In this document: positions 40,710 to 53,620 of the stretch, one piece after another | Position numbering within the stretch: the first letter of the stretch is position 1 | How the letters are laid out: every line of letters starts with the position of its first letter | Origin: the human T2T-CHM13v2.0 reference genome, Homo sapiens | Strand: one strand, 5' to 3' | DNA: 64,000 nucleotides | NCBI RefSeq assembly: GCF_009914755.1 | Contig: NC_060936.1 | Notes under the pieces: generated by a model | Database searches by the model: none | What the model was told of the DNA's origin: nothing | Seen by the model: only the letters and a program-made list of their open reading frames with translations | Program-made: the position numbers and the translations under genes

Positions 40710-42665
40710 GAATTATTAGTTTGTGGTTTTGGGCACCACAATGTATAAAGAAGGAATTTTGTGACATCAACAACCAAAGTGGGTAGATAAGGAGCTGTAA
40801 AGGAGCTGAGTTTTTGTATGTTATTGAAGTTAAGCTGTTATAAATCCAAATTAGAATGTTATAATTTTAAGATGTGAAATGTAATCCCTCTGGTAACCAG
40901 AAATAAAATAACTATAGAATACATATAAAAGGAAATGAGAAAGAAATTTAAATGTTTCCCTATAAAAAATCAGCTAAACATAAAAGAAGACAGTAATGCA
41001 GAAAATGATGGACAAAAAAGCTTAAGGCTTATAGAAAACAGATAGCAAAATGATGGAAATAAGTCCCTCAACAGTAATTACTTTAAATATAAATGGATTA
41101 AACTTTCCCATCAAAACACAGAGATTGGCAGCATGGATAAAACATAAAACTAGCAAGCAAATCTCAGGAGCATATTAAAAGGATTACACACCATAACCAA
41201 ATAGGACTTATTCCTGGAATGCAAGGATGGTTCAACATATGAAAATTGATCAAGGTAATATACACATTAACATAATGAAGGGAAAAAATTCCATGGCCAT
41301 CCCAATGGATGCATAAAAAGCATTTCACAAAATTCTACATCCTTTGATGACAAAAACATTCAAAAAACTAGCAATAGAATGAAACTGATATAAAAATCAT
41401 ATATGGAAAATCACATCCCAAATATCATACTCTATGGTGAAAGACTAGAAGCTTTTTCTCTATAATCAAAAACAAGACCAGGATGTCCACTTTTGCCCCT
41501 TCTACTCAACATAATATTGGAAATTTTAGCTAGAGCAATTAGGCATAAAAAAGAAATAAATGACATTCAAACTGGAAAGAAAGAAGTAAAATTATGTCTG
41601 TTCACAGATGATCTCATATGTAGAATGCCCTAAAGATTCCACAAAAAACTGTTAGTTCTAATAAATAAATGCAGCAAAGTATCAGGGGACAAACTCAACA
41701 CACAAAAATCAGTTGCATTTCTATACATTAACAGTGAACAATCTGAGAAATTATTTTTAAAAATCCTATTTATGATAACATCAAAAAGAATAAAATACTT
41801 AGGAATTAACTTAACCAATGAGGTGAAAGACCTGTACAGTGAAAACTATGAAACACTGCTGAAAGAAATTAAGGACAGAAATAATGGAAACACATTCCAT
41901 ATTCATGGACTGAAATACTTAATATTGTTAAGATGTCAGTACTGCCCAAGGTGGTCTACTGATTCATTGCAATCCCTATTACAATCACAACGAGCAAGAG
42001 AAACTCATTCTAAAATTTATATGGAACTCAAGAAACCCCAAATAGCCTAAACAATTTGGGGGGAAAGAAAAACTGATGGAGGCACACTTCCTGATTTTTA
42101 AGTTACTGAAAAGCTACAGTAATCAAAACAGCATGGTACTGGCATAAAGAAAGGTATATAGACCAATGAAATAGGACAAAAATCCCAGAAATAAACCCCC
42201 ACATATATGATTAAATGATTTTTGACAAGAGTACCAAGACCATTCAATGGAAGAAAGGCAGTCTTTTCAACAAAAGGTGCTGGGGCAACTGTATATCCAC
42301 ATGAAAAAACGGAAGTTGAACTCTTACCAAATACCATATACAAAAATTAACTAAAAACGGAAATGTAAGACCTAAAACTATAAAACTCCTGTTAGAAAAC
42401 ATAGGGGAAACACTTTATGACATTAGAGTTGGCAGTCATTCCTTGGGTATGACACCAAAGGCAAAGAAAACAAAAGATAAAATAACCAAATTGGATTTCA
42501 GAAAAAATTTAAAAGTTTGTTCATCAAAAGACAATATGAACAGAGTAAAAAGGCAGCCCACAGAATGGGAGAAATTATTTGCAAATCACATATCTGATAA
42601 GGGATCAATATTCAGAATATACAGATAACTCCTAAAACTCAACAACAATAAAAATAGTGCAATTC
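40710..42665 (+). mobile_element. Further old L1 fragment
   Basis: ORF2 peptides IKYLGINLT and RVKRQPTEWEK. Confidence 0.8.
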
Positions 42666-43618
42666 AAAATAGTGAGAAATGGCCTCTCTCTACTGACTGA
42701 TGCGTTCACATCTGGACTGTGTTGTTTACATATAAGTTGGTGTCTCTGGAAGCCCTGATGTGGCAGGAATATTTACAGGAATTCCACCCTGGAGTAGACA
42801 AGAGGGGCATGTGAGCTGCTGCATGGAAGAAGGATAAACCTATTCATTGAAGCTCCAGAGAACCGAAACAGCCACAATAGCTAGCTGTGAATTCTGGCAG
42901 AGGAACACAATGCCAACTATGGGAACTGCAGGAGCTCTGAGTTCCCTTGGCACTCCAAGAGAGAGATTGACTTTCCAGCCTGTGGACACAGTGGAGTCCT
43001 CTCGGGCCTTTCTGGTTTCCTGTTTCAGAAAAGTGGGATAACTTTAAGACTTCCTGGACTGTGTGCTAAACTATAAAAATGGGTTGGGGTGAAATGGAGA
43101 GCTGACTTATTTTAAATGGGAATCAAAAAGAGGTAGAACTCTTGGAAACTTTGTGCTCTGTGTTTTCTATTTTTATTGATGGACTCTATTAAGTTGGCCA
43201 CTAGCCACAGAGTGTGGCCTGTGCCATTTTCCAGATTGCTGTTGAACACTCTTGGCGCATGCGCCTCATTTTTCCAATTGGGACATAAAGTCCTTAAGGT
43301 AAAGAATTGTTTTATCCTTCTTTGTATCTCCCAAAGTACTTTTCATGGGACAGGAGCTTCATGTGGGCATTCATTGACTGGTTTCATGGTGTTTGATGGT
43401 TTCATTCATTCATTCATTCATCCATTCCACAGCCCTTTAATATGTGCATATCATGCAGTGAGAAGGGCTAAAGTGTGGGCTTGGAGATGCTTTGGGATAG
43501 GAGGACCAGCCCCATTCACTGGGGACCTGAGTGCCAGGGTCCATCTTCAGTGCCCCTATTGTCTTATTTCCAGAGAAGAATCCCAGAAGGTCGGGGAGAT
43601 GCAACTCCATGTCCTTAC

Positions 43619-43750
43619 CTGGATAGATCCTGAAGAATCCAGTTGCACTGCCAAAATATTGCCAGGTCAACGTTGGGTCTCTCTGGAAGTTCTCCACGAA
43701 GACAGCATTCAAGGCTTCAGACATGTAGACTCCATTTAAAATATCTGGGT
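43619..43750 (-). CDS. CACNA2D4: CACNA2D4 exon 6 (132 nt), [14 protein letters not shown]...[15 protein letters not shown]
   Basis: Acceptor cttcag|AC, donor G|GTAAGG; conserved alpha2delta WQYFGS motif. Confidence 0.96.
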
Positions 43751-43807
43751 CTGAAGGGTGAGACTATAGATTATGATCCTGTAGAACTTCTCAGGAAAAT
43801 GGTGATC

Positions 43808-44020
43808 ATGCCCGGTGAGGGTGCCTGGTGGGCGTGTCTGGTGGGCGTGTCTGGTAAGCGTGCCTGGTGGGTGTGCCTGGTGGGCGTGTCTGGTGGACGG
43901 CCTGGTGGGCGTGCCTGGTGGGCGTGTCTGGTGGGTGTGTCTGGTGGGCCAGCCTGGTGGGTGTGCCTGGTGGGCGTGTCTGGTGGGTGTGCTAGGTGGG
44001 CGTGCCTGGTGAGTGTGCCT
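43808..44020. repeat. 13-bp minisatellite GTG(C/T)CTGGTGGG(C/T), ~16 copies, filling most of intron 5
   Basis: Direct observation; intron 5 is 290 nt. Confidence 0.95.
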
Positions 44021-44040
44021 GAGCTGAGCGTGCCGGCTAC

Positions 44041-44203
44041 CTTTGTTGTACACGTTGGTGGGCAGCTGCACGCTGCTGATGGAGGTGTTCACCGGCAGGT
44101 TGCTGAAGTGAGCATTGGACTCCAGGAGGAACTCGGCGCCCAGCTCCACGAAGTTGCCCTTCTCGTCCCTCTCGTTGATCAGGACCGAGTTGTAATAGTC
44201 GAA
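44041..44203 (-). CDS. CACNA2D4: CACNA2D4 exon 5 (163 nt), [10 protein letters not shown]...[10 protein letters not shown]
   Basis: Acceptor ccccag|TTC, donor G|GTAGCC. Confidence 0.96.
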
Positions 44204-44770
44204 CTGGGGTGGACGGGTGAGGCCCACGGAGGCGGCCCGAGCACCGGGACAGGCGGAGAGAGAGGAAGAGAAACGGCGCAGGTGAGAGGACGAGAGGGCC
44301 GGGGCCGGGCGGCCATCAGAGTCTACACAAGCACCCGCGGCGGCGCGCTGGGCACTGATCAGGGCGATTCGGGACAAAAATATCCAGGAGGCCGGCGCGG
44401 AGAGGCGTGAGGCCGACGTTTGATGACAGTTGTCCTGACCGCTGCCTCAGTCCCCAACTTGGTGCAGCGTGTGTTGACACGGCCGAGGCAGAGTGGAGAC
44501 AGGCAGCCGCGGAGTCAAGGACAGGTAGAGACAAAAAGCCCCATCAGCCCCCTCCACTTCTCGCAGGCCAGGAAGGTCCCAGAGCCCCAGAACCGAGCCT
44601 GCGCAATCTTGGGGCCTGCAGCCTTGGCCTCAGACGGGGCCCAGGTTCCGAGTCCCGCAGCTGCCCTCGGCCTCTCCCACGCGGTGTTGGAGGGCGTGCT
44701 AGGATTGCCTCCGGTGGAGCCCCGGCCCCGTTTCCTCCACACGACCGGGTTCACACCTGAACACCCCCCA

Positions 44771-45238
44771 GGACTGCGTCACGGACATCCCCACGCCAAC
44801 TCCCACGCCGGACTGCCTCACGGACATCCCCACGCCAACTCCCACGCCGGACTGCGTCACGGACATCCCCACGCCAACTCCCACGCCGGACTGCGTCACG
44901 GACATCCCCACGCCAACTCCCACGCCGGACAGCGTCACGGACATCCCCACGCCAACTCCCACGCCGGACTGCCTCACGGACATCCCCACGCCAACTCCCA
45001 CGCCGGACAGCGTTATGGACATCCCCACGCCAACTCCCACGCCGGACTGCGTCACGGACATCCCCACGCCAACTCCCACGCCGGACTGCGTCACGGACAT
45101 CCCCACGCCAACTCCCACGCCGGACTGCGTCACGGACATCCCCACGCCAACTCCCACGCCGGACTGCGTCACGGACATCCCCACGCCAACTCCCACGCCG
45201 GACTGCGTCACGGACATCCCCACGCCAACTCCCACGCC
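44771..45238. repeat. 39-bp VNTR, 12 copies (GGACTGCGTCACGGACATCCCCACGCCAACTCCCACGCC)
   Basis: 468 bp = 12 x 39; near-identical units with a few variants. Confidence 0.97.
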
Positions 45239-45385
45239 AGGTTACTGCACCCCACACCCGGCTCCTCCTCACGACACTGCGGCCCGCGCTGGCCTTCCAC
45301 GCATGCTCCCAGCCGCGTCCCTGCCCTGCTCAAGCCTTCTGCACCTGCCTTTCCCTGCTGAGAAAGGCTCAGGCTCCTACGCTGA

Positions 45386-45814
<429 letters not shown>

Positions 45815-46227
45815 CGTGTTTTCTTATTTCTGTGTTTTCTTTCTGCTGTGACCAAAGGCCCTTTTCCAGGCCCTGCCTGCCTAAATCCCCCATGAGCCCT
45901 GGGCGCAGCCCCAGGCCGCCCTGTCTGCAGGAGTTTGGGGGCAGACCTCCTCTTCTCCAGCCTGCATTCCCCGGAGGCTCCATCCACCCATCTGTAGTGA
46001 CTTGTGATGTGCTTTATACCGGAGTTATTTGCACTGTGAGCTTCTTGAGGTCAAGAACAAGTTCCGATCCAGAGGCTAGCACATTGCTGTGCCTGTGAGG
46101 GGTGAGCAGTAAATGTCTATGGAATCAGTGGATCGCCACCCTGCGCCGCCACCCTATGCCGCCACCCCCATATCTGGTACTCAGGCGATCCTGGCCCTCT
46201 GGCACCAGTGCCAGGAGTGGGACTCAC

Positions 46228-46287
46228 CACCAGGGATTCATTGAATTCGTGGTTCAGGTCGGCCTCCTCGGCAGCTTCCACCAGATT
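46228..46287 (-). CDS. CACNA2D4: CACNA2D4 exon 4 (60 nt), NLVEAAEEADLNHEFNESLV
   Basis: Acceptor cctcag|AAT, donor GTG|GTGAGT. Confidence 0.96.
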
Positions 46288-46354
46288 CTGAGGGATGGGA
46301 ACACAGAGGTAGGGAGAATGGGTAAAAGGAGCCCAGTGGGTTTTCAGCAAGTGA

Positions 46355-47637
<1,283 letters not shown>

Positions 47638-49346
47638 CACAATTTTTTTTTCTTTTTTTCTAAAGAGCAGGCCAGCATCGCAGAGTGTCAGGGGAAGTCA
47701 GGGTGGGGGAAGTGCTTTGGGAGTCAGAGGACCCAAGATCCTATTCTGGCTTTGTCAGGGCCAAGCCACTAAGCCTCTCTGGTCCTCTGCTTGCACAACT
47801 ATAAATTGGGTAGGATAATTCCTGCCTCCCCACTCTCAGCCTACAGATCCTAGGATAAGGAAATCCCACAGGGGAAAGCTCATTTCAGGGAGGCTTTGCA
47901 GGAAACTTCCCACGCGCACCCTCATGGAAGGTCTGAGGCCCCCATACACCACCCGCAGGAGGCGCAGGGACCGGTCCTCAGAGAAAGTCTGCAGAGCAGC
48001 ACTTCTTTGGTCTCTGAGGCTGTGGAAGGGCACAGGGAGCCTGGAGCCCCAGCCTCTGGGGGTGTCTCAGGACTGCTCGCTGCTCTAGTGACACAAGGAC
48101 CGACGCCTGAAGTCAGGCGAGTCTCATACCCCACTGTCTGTGTTTGATCCAAGGAGGCTGTTTACACAACGCTCACTGATTGAAAGAGGCAGGTGTTACT
48201 GCGGGTGCCAGGCTGTGTGTGAGGCTAGTGCTTTCCTGCTGTGGTGTGTGATTCAGGGACCCAGGATAGGCTCTTGAGTCCCCAGGCATCTTCTCATTGG
48301 TTCCTGATGCTAAGATCCCTTGCCCTGCAGAAATGCTGCACATTATAACAAGTGGGAAAGAAGGCCCCAGCAACCCGGACCCCGGCCTCCTCCCAGAGTG
48401 GGGGTTGTGATGGGGGTGGGGGTACACTGACAGTACACTGGAGAGGCCGCAGCTCGCCTGCCCTATCTGCCCCTTCCCCTGCTGCTTGGCCCTGGCCTCA
48501 GCCTCCCAATCCAGCCAACCACTCCCGATCTCCTCTCTCCTTGTTCTCCTGGCTGGTCTTACGAGTCCTTTCAGGGAGAGCACTGGTCTTGGATGGTCCG
48601 ATTCTTGGCTGGATGGAGTGGAGGACTGTGTCTCTCCAACCACACTGTATCTACTGGTTTATACCATCCAGGTCCCCATAGGCCTCAGTGCGGACACTTC
48701 ACCCCAGAGAAGGGGAAAGCTTCTGTTTCTCCTGGGCCCCACCAGGCTTGGTGGATGTCCAGTAACAGAGTCACCTGGGCACAAGGCCCATCCCTGTAAG
48801 CACCTCTGCTGCCCGGGTGGCCCTCAGAGCACTTGGAAGCCATGAAGGTGGGTCCTGATGGCTGAATGAGGGTGAGGGAGGAATGAGGACAGATGAGAAG
48901 GAGGAGAGGGGAGGGGGAGCTTGGCTTTGCTGGCTCCAGCTAGCTCGACTCCCACCCTCCTTCTGCTCCTCTGTCCATCCATTCCCAAAGCAATTCCTAG
49001 GTGCTCACCCCGAGCAGTGCTCTGTACTGGTCACTGGGTATGGCCTGGTGACTCAGAGTTCCTCACAATGCTGCAGGCTGACCCGGCAGTGCTGGGCATG
49101 GCCGCCTCGGGGCAGAGCTCTGATCCCAGCCCCTCCCCTCTCCTCTTGCTTCCTGTCATTTCCTCTTTCACAGGGATTCTTGGAGTGAGGGTTCTTTTGG
49201 CTAACGAAGGTACAAGGCGGAATCTTGTAAGATAGGAGAGGGTCACGAGGGGGGAGGATGCAGGGCCATGACATCGGGAGGGTCACTCTGCCACCTGCGT
49301 CATGGGGCTGGGGAGAAACGCCCTGCAGATCACAGGCCTGGAGTAC

Positions 49347-49463
49347 CTGGACCGCCTCGACTTTCCTCCGCAGCATGTTCTCCATGTCCTCTGAGAACTT
49401 CCTCACCAGCTCCAAGCCATCCACCTCCTCGATCTTCAGACTGGACTCCACATCCTTGTACTT
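49347..49463 (-). CDS. CACNA2D4: CACNA2D4 exon 3 (117 nt), KYKDVESS...KVEAVQ
   Basis: Acceptor aaacag|AAG, donor CAG|GTACTC. Confidence 0.96.
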
Positions 49464-51177
49464 CTGTTTGGGGAAAGTGGGAGAGATGCGTGCATGTGGT
49501 TTTGTACCAGGATAGTTGCACCTGTGTATGCATGGCCTCCAACCTCTCCACAGATGCATTCCGGCACACGGAGCCTGGTTTACTCAACTAGGGTGAGGCC
49601 CAGCCCTCTCCTCCCTGGACAACATCCCCAGTGATAGAATAGCTGCCTCTCCTCAAATGTCCTCTCTGTTCCAGGTGCTCTAGACGCATTGCAGTTATAG
49701 CCTTAACAGGGGAGTAGACCGAGGCTCAGAGAAGTCAGTGAACTTGACCAAGGTCAACAGCCAGGTGAGCAGGTGACCCCTGATGGGGCCAGGTCTCTCA
49801 GGCATCCCCAGCCATGTCCTTTGTGCAGAGCCACGCTGCATCCCAGGGCTTGTGAAACCACCCCTGGCATCAGTTCACCTTTCCTCAATGCCCCAGAAGA
49901 GGCATCTTGCTATGAAAGTGCCCCCGTGCACATGGATGTGAACCTCAGTTCCCACTGTCCCAGCAGAGCTCAGCAGCTCCAGGCACTGAGGATGGCTGCC
50001 TGACAATTGCCAGTGAGCCCAGGAAAGCCTGGAATGGGGTTTGGGTTTTCTCTCTGGGCCCAGGGGAGACCAGCTCTCACTGACTGTGTATTGTGAATGT
50101 CTATTCACCCAGCTCTGCAATGTATTGGCCGTGTGACCACAGGCAAGCCAGTCAATCACTTTCCTCATCTGTAAGATGTGACATTTACATAGCTTTAGTG
50201 AATGTTCTAGAATGCACAGATTTTACAGAATGTTTTTACCCCAAACGGCCACATCCGTACTGCTCTATGCTCCTCTCCCCGGGCTGTGGTGCTCTGAAGC
50301 ATAGGAGCGTGCTGTGAGGGGCAGGCGGGGCCTCAGCTGTCATCGCTACAGTGGCCTGTGGGGGCCCGGGGAGCCGCCCACCCTGGCTCCTCTTACTTCC
50401 ACCAGGGACAGGCCTGGGGGCTGTGGGCAGGGCAGTTGAGCAGGGACATGTGGTCACATGCAGGCATAAGAGCCTGGGATTCAGGATCTTTGTGATATGG
50501 AAAAGGTGCCTCATGAATTGGTGGTGGGAATGAAATCATGACAATGAAGCTCTTAGTGAGTGGCAATGATAGAGAAGGGTGAGCTGCCATTGGAACTGCT
50601 CTGGGGAGTTACAAATATTAGAGAACAGTGAAGTTGTTTATAACCTGGTAAGAAGACCAGCCAGCCATAAATCGGCACAGAAAGCAATGCATATTAAGGG
50701 GGCGGATGCTGGACATGGCTGGGGGGCTGACAGCTGGAGGTATGGGAGGTCTCCCTGCGCAGAGGCCACAGCCCTTTCACCTTCTACGGCCCGAGCAGCT
50801 TCCAGGGCCCTGCACGTGCCCTCCAAGTCTCCGCTGGCATCACAGGTGTTAGGCCTGCATCCCACTGCATCCACTCCCTCCGTCTCTCCTTTATTCTTCA
50901 CCCCACCTCCACCCAGTACATCTGCAGGTCTAATTCCACCTTGGCCTCTGCTCCCTGAGGACCTGACACAATGCTCTTGACCACGCCCCCGAACCACCCC
51001 CACTGCCCTGCTTTGGGAGTTGAGAAAATCATTCACCTCCCTGGGCCTCAGTGGCCCCATCTGAAATAAACCGATTTGATGGGATGCCCAAGGCCCCTCA
51101 CAGCACCGGCATTTGGGGGCTTCGATGGCTGACTGCCCTCTGCCACCCGGTGGGCTCTCTGGAAGGGGGTGACTGAC

Positions 51178-51259
51178 CTTCTGCAGCAAGAGAGAGCCTG
51201 AGTATTTGGTCACAGTGTTATACAGGTCCCCGCCGAAGGTGTCAGCCCATAGCTTCACT
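51178..51259 (-). CDS. CACNA2D4: CACNA2D4 exon 2 (82 nt), [27 protein letters not shown]
   Basis: Acceptor ggcag|A, donor AAG|GTCAGT. Confidence 0.96.
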
Positions 51260-51279
51260 CTGCCAGGCAATGAAAGGAC

Positions 51280-51510
51280 ACGCGTATACACACACGTACA
51301 CGCACAAATACAGAAACACACGCGTAGACATATGGGTTCACACACATAGAAAGCCAGTGTCTACACACAGACACCTGCTGATGCATGCATACTCCAACAC
51401 ACAGACACATAATGCATAAGAAATGCACACACACGTACACACACATACATACCCCCCACACACATGCATATGCGTACACACACGTGACATATGCCCAGAA
51501 ACACACAAAA
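51280..51510. repeat. CA-rich (UG-rich in the pre-mRNA) low-complexity tract just upstream of exon 2
   Basis: Direct observation. Confidence 0.85.
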
Positions 51511-51516
51511 GAGCAC

Positions 51517-51551
51517 CTGTCCCTCCTCCTTGTCCCTAAAGCTACAGCCAT
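51517..51551 (-). CDS. CACNA2D4: Candidate alternative first coding exon (1b), MAVALGTRRRD(R)
   Basis: Strong Kozak gccATGG at 51551. The donor AG|GTGCTC after 35 nt is phase 2, the same as exon 1, so it is in frame with exon 2. I recall this N-terminus from annotated isoforms. Confidence 0.7.
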
Positions 51552-53419
51552 GGCCTGGGCAGGAGACGCGGAGAACCCTCAGGACCCAGCGGCTGCACTG
51601 CTGTGTGCTGAATGTCCTCGGCAGGTTCTCCTGCTGAGGGTTGTGGGGCCGGGCTGACGAGCCCAGGACTGAGCTTGACCCCAAGCTTCCAGGGCCTCTG
51701 GTTGGAGAGTGGCAGACTGAGAGGAGAGAAGGAGGGGAGAGGCAGTGGACAGCCTCAGGCCAGGGCCGGAGGACCCTGAGGACAAAGGACAACCCGCCTG
51801 GCCACAGCTGTGGCCTCTCAATAAATCGTTCCCTCCAGTGCACTCCACTCAAAGCCACTGGGGGCTGCCGAACCCTCTGTTGAAACCTCAGAGAACGCGT
51901 GAGGCAAGGGCACAGCAGGAAAAGGCTCTGAGCTGCCACTGCTGAGCCTGAGGGCAGGGCAGGCCAGGAGGGCATAAGGAGGCCACACCTCACCCTCTGT
52001 GTAGGCAGCCTAGTGGGGAGCCCCGACCTCTCGCCCATGCCCCAGAAATGCACCACAATCCCACCATCTTGGCCAGGCTGGTGGGGTCCTGGGGGCAGGT
52101 ACACAGGGCTGGGGCTGAGCCTCTCCAGATGGAGCGGAAGTGGTTTGCCTGTGCGATCCTTTCAAGATCAGCAGTCATCACTCAACCAATGTTTATCAAG
52201 GTCCTACCATGTGGCAGCCTGGAGCCACCCCACAGTCCCCACCCTTGCAGGGACAGCTTTGTCATGCGGGTAGCATAGTACATGTTTGAAGGTGCCCATG
52301 AAGGTTGGGGAGGGGTAGTGGTATAAGGGAAGGCTTCCCTGGGGAGGGAGATCTGAGCTCCGGGTTAGAAGTTTGGTAGAGGTTAGCCTGCAAAGGGGTC
52401 TGGGAGAGGATTCTAGGTCGGGAGTACAGAAGAGCTTGGAGGAGTAAAACGTGACTTCCGGGCTTCCAGTGTGGGTTGTTGACCTGATGGTGTTGTTACT
52501 GAATACAATTAAGACTATCAGGAAGGGCAGGGGGAACGAGCTGAGGAGGGTGAAAAGTGATGTGTGTACCTTGGGCTCTGCTGAATGTGAGGTTCCCGTT
52601 GTAGAGCTACCAAGTACCATTGGGAAGGTTGTGCACTGCACAACTCTAGAAGGCACCAATTGTGTTTTACCTTGAAAGACACAAATCTGAATTTAAAACC
52701 TCACATGATGTTTAGGAAAAGCTGCCCATAAGCACTGGGTATGTGTCTAGTAGGTAGAGACAGGGCTGGGAGTCATTGATGCAAAGGTAGGGATTGAAAT
52801 TCTGAGGGCAGGAGGGCTCTCTCAAGGAGAGTGTGCAGCGTGAGATCTCTGAGCGTCGACAGCTGCTGGGGAGCACCCCCCACCTCCGGGGCAGGCAGAG
52901 GAGGAGGAGGAGCACTTGAGGACAGCAGAGATAAGCCGTGCCCATGCAGGCCCAGCGGAGCGCAGTGCCACGGAAGTCAAGGACTGGGATAAAAGAAGAC
53001 GGGGGCTTGTGTGTCCCAAGCAACAGGGTCTGGGGTGACAAGGCCAGGAATGTCTCCTGGATTGGGCATGAGGAGGGCTTTGGGAACCCTGTGGAAACAG
53101 ACTTGGGAGGAGGTGGAAGCCCGGCTGGAGGGAAAGACTGAGAAGAGAGGTTCGGCGGGAGTGAGGACAGGTGGGGCCAAGTCCTGGGCAGGCAGATGAG
53201 GCTGTGTGCAGGCTGTTGTCTCTGGCAGCACCCAGGGCTTCTGCATAGATGGCCGCTGGGGCCCCCCTCCCTGAAGGCCTGGATTCCAGCCACCCCGACT
53301 TGGCCCTCAGCCCACTCCCGGAGTTGGCCCTCTCCTATCAGCTGGTGTGTGTTCTGGGGATGAAAATTGTTCTGAACATCTCCTGCAGCAACAGATAGCG
53401 TTACGGGCTGGCGGCGGGT

Positions 53420-53620
53420 GTAATGGTGAAAGTGCAGTCCAGGCTGACAGGAGTTCAAATCCCAGCACCTTCACTTCCTGGCCTTGTGAACTTGGGGAAG
53501 TCACCTGACCTCTCGGGGCCTCTGTTTCCTCAGCTGCAAAATAGGGATAAAAATAAGCCCCCACTGAATGGCTCTGCAAACTAACGGTGTCATTTGTGAA
53601 GCGCCCAGCTCCGTGCCAGG
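53420..53620. mobile_element. MIR SINE fragment (similar pieces near 9170-9320, 14800-14920, 61810-61890 and 62200-62320)
   Basis: MIR core motif cctctgtttcctcagctgcaaaatagggata. Confidence 0.6.

Larger units (their letters stand above)
44030..45320. promoter_or_regulatory. Intragenic CpG-island-like region spanning exon 5 and the 39-bp VNTR
   Basis: High GC and abundant CpG by eye; obs/exp not computed. Confidence 0.65.
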
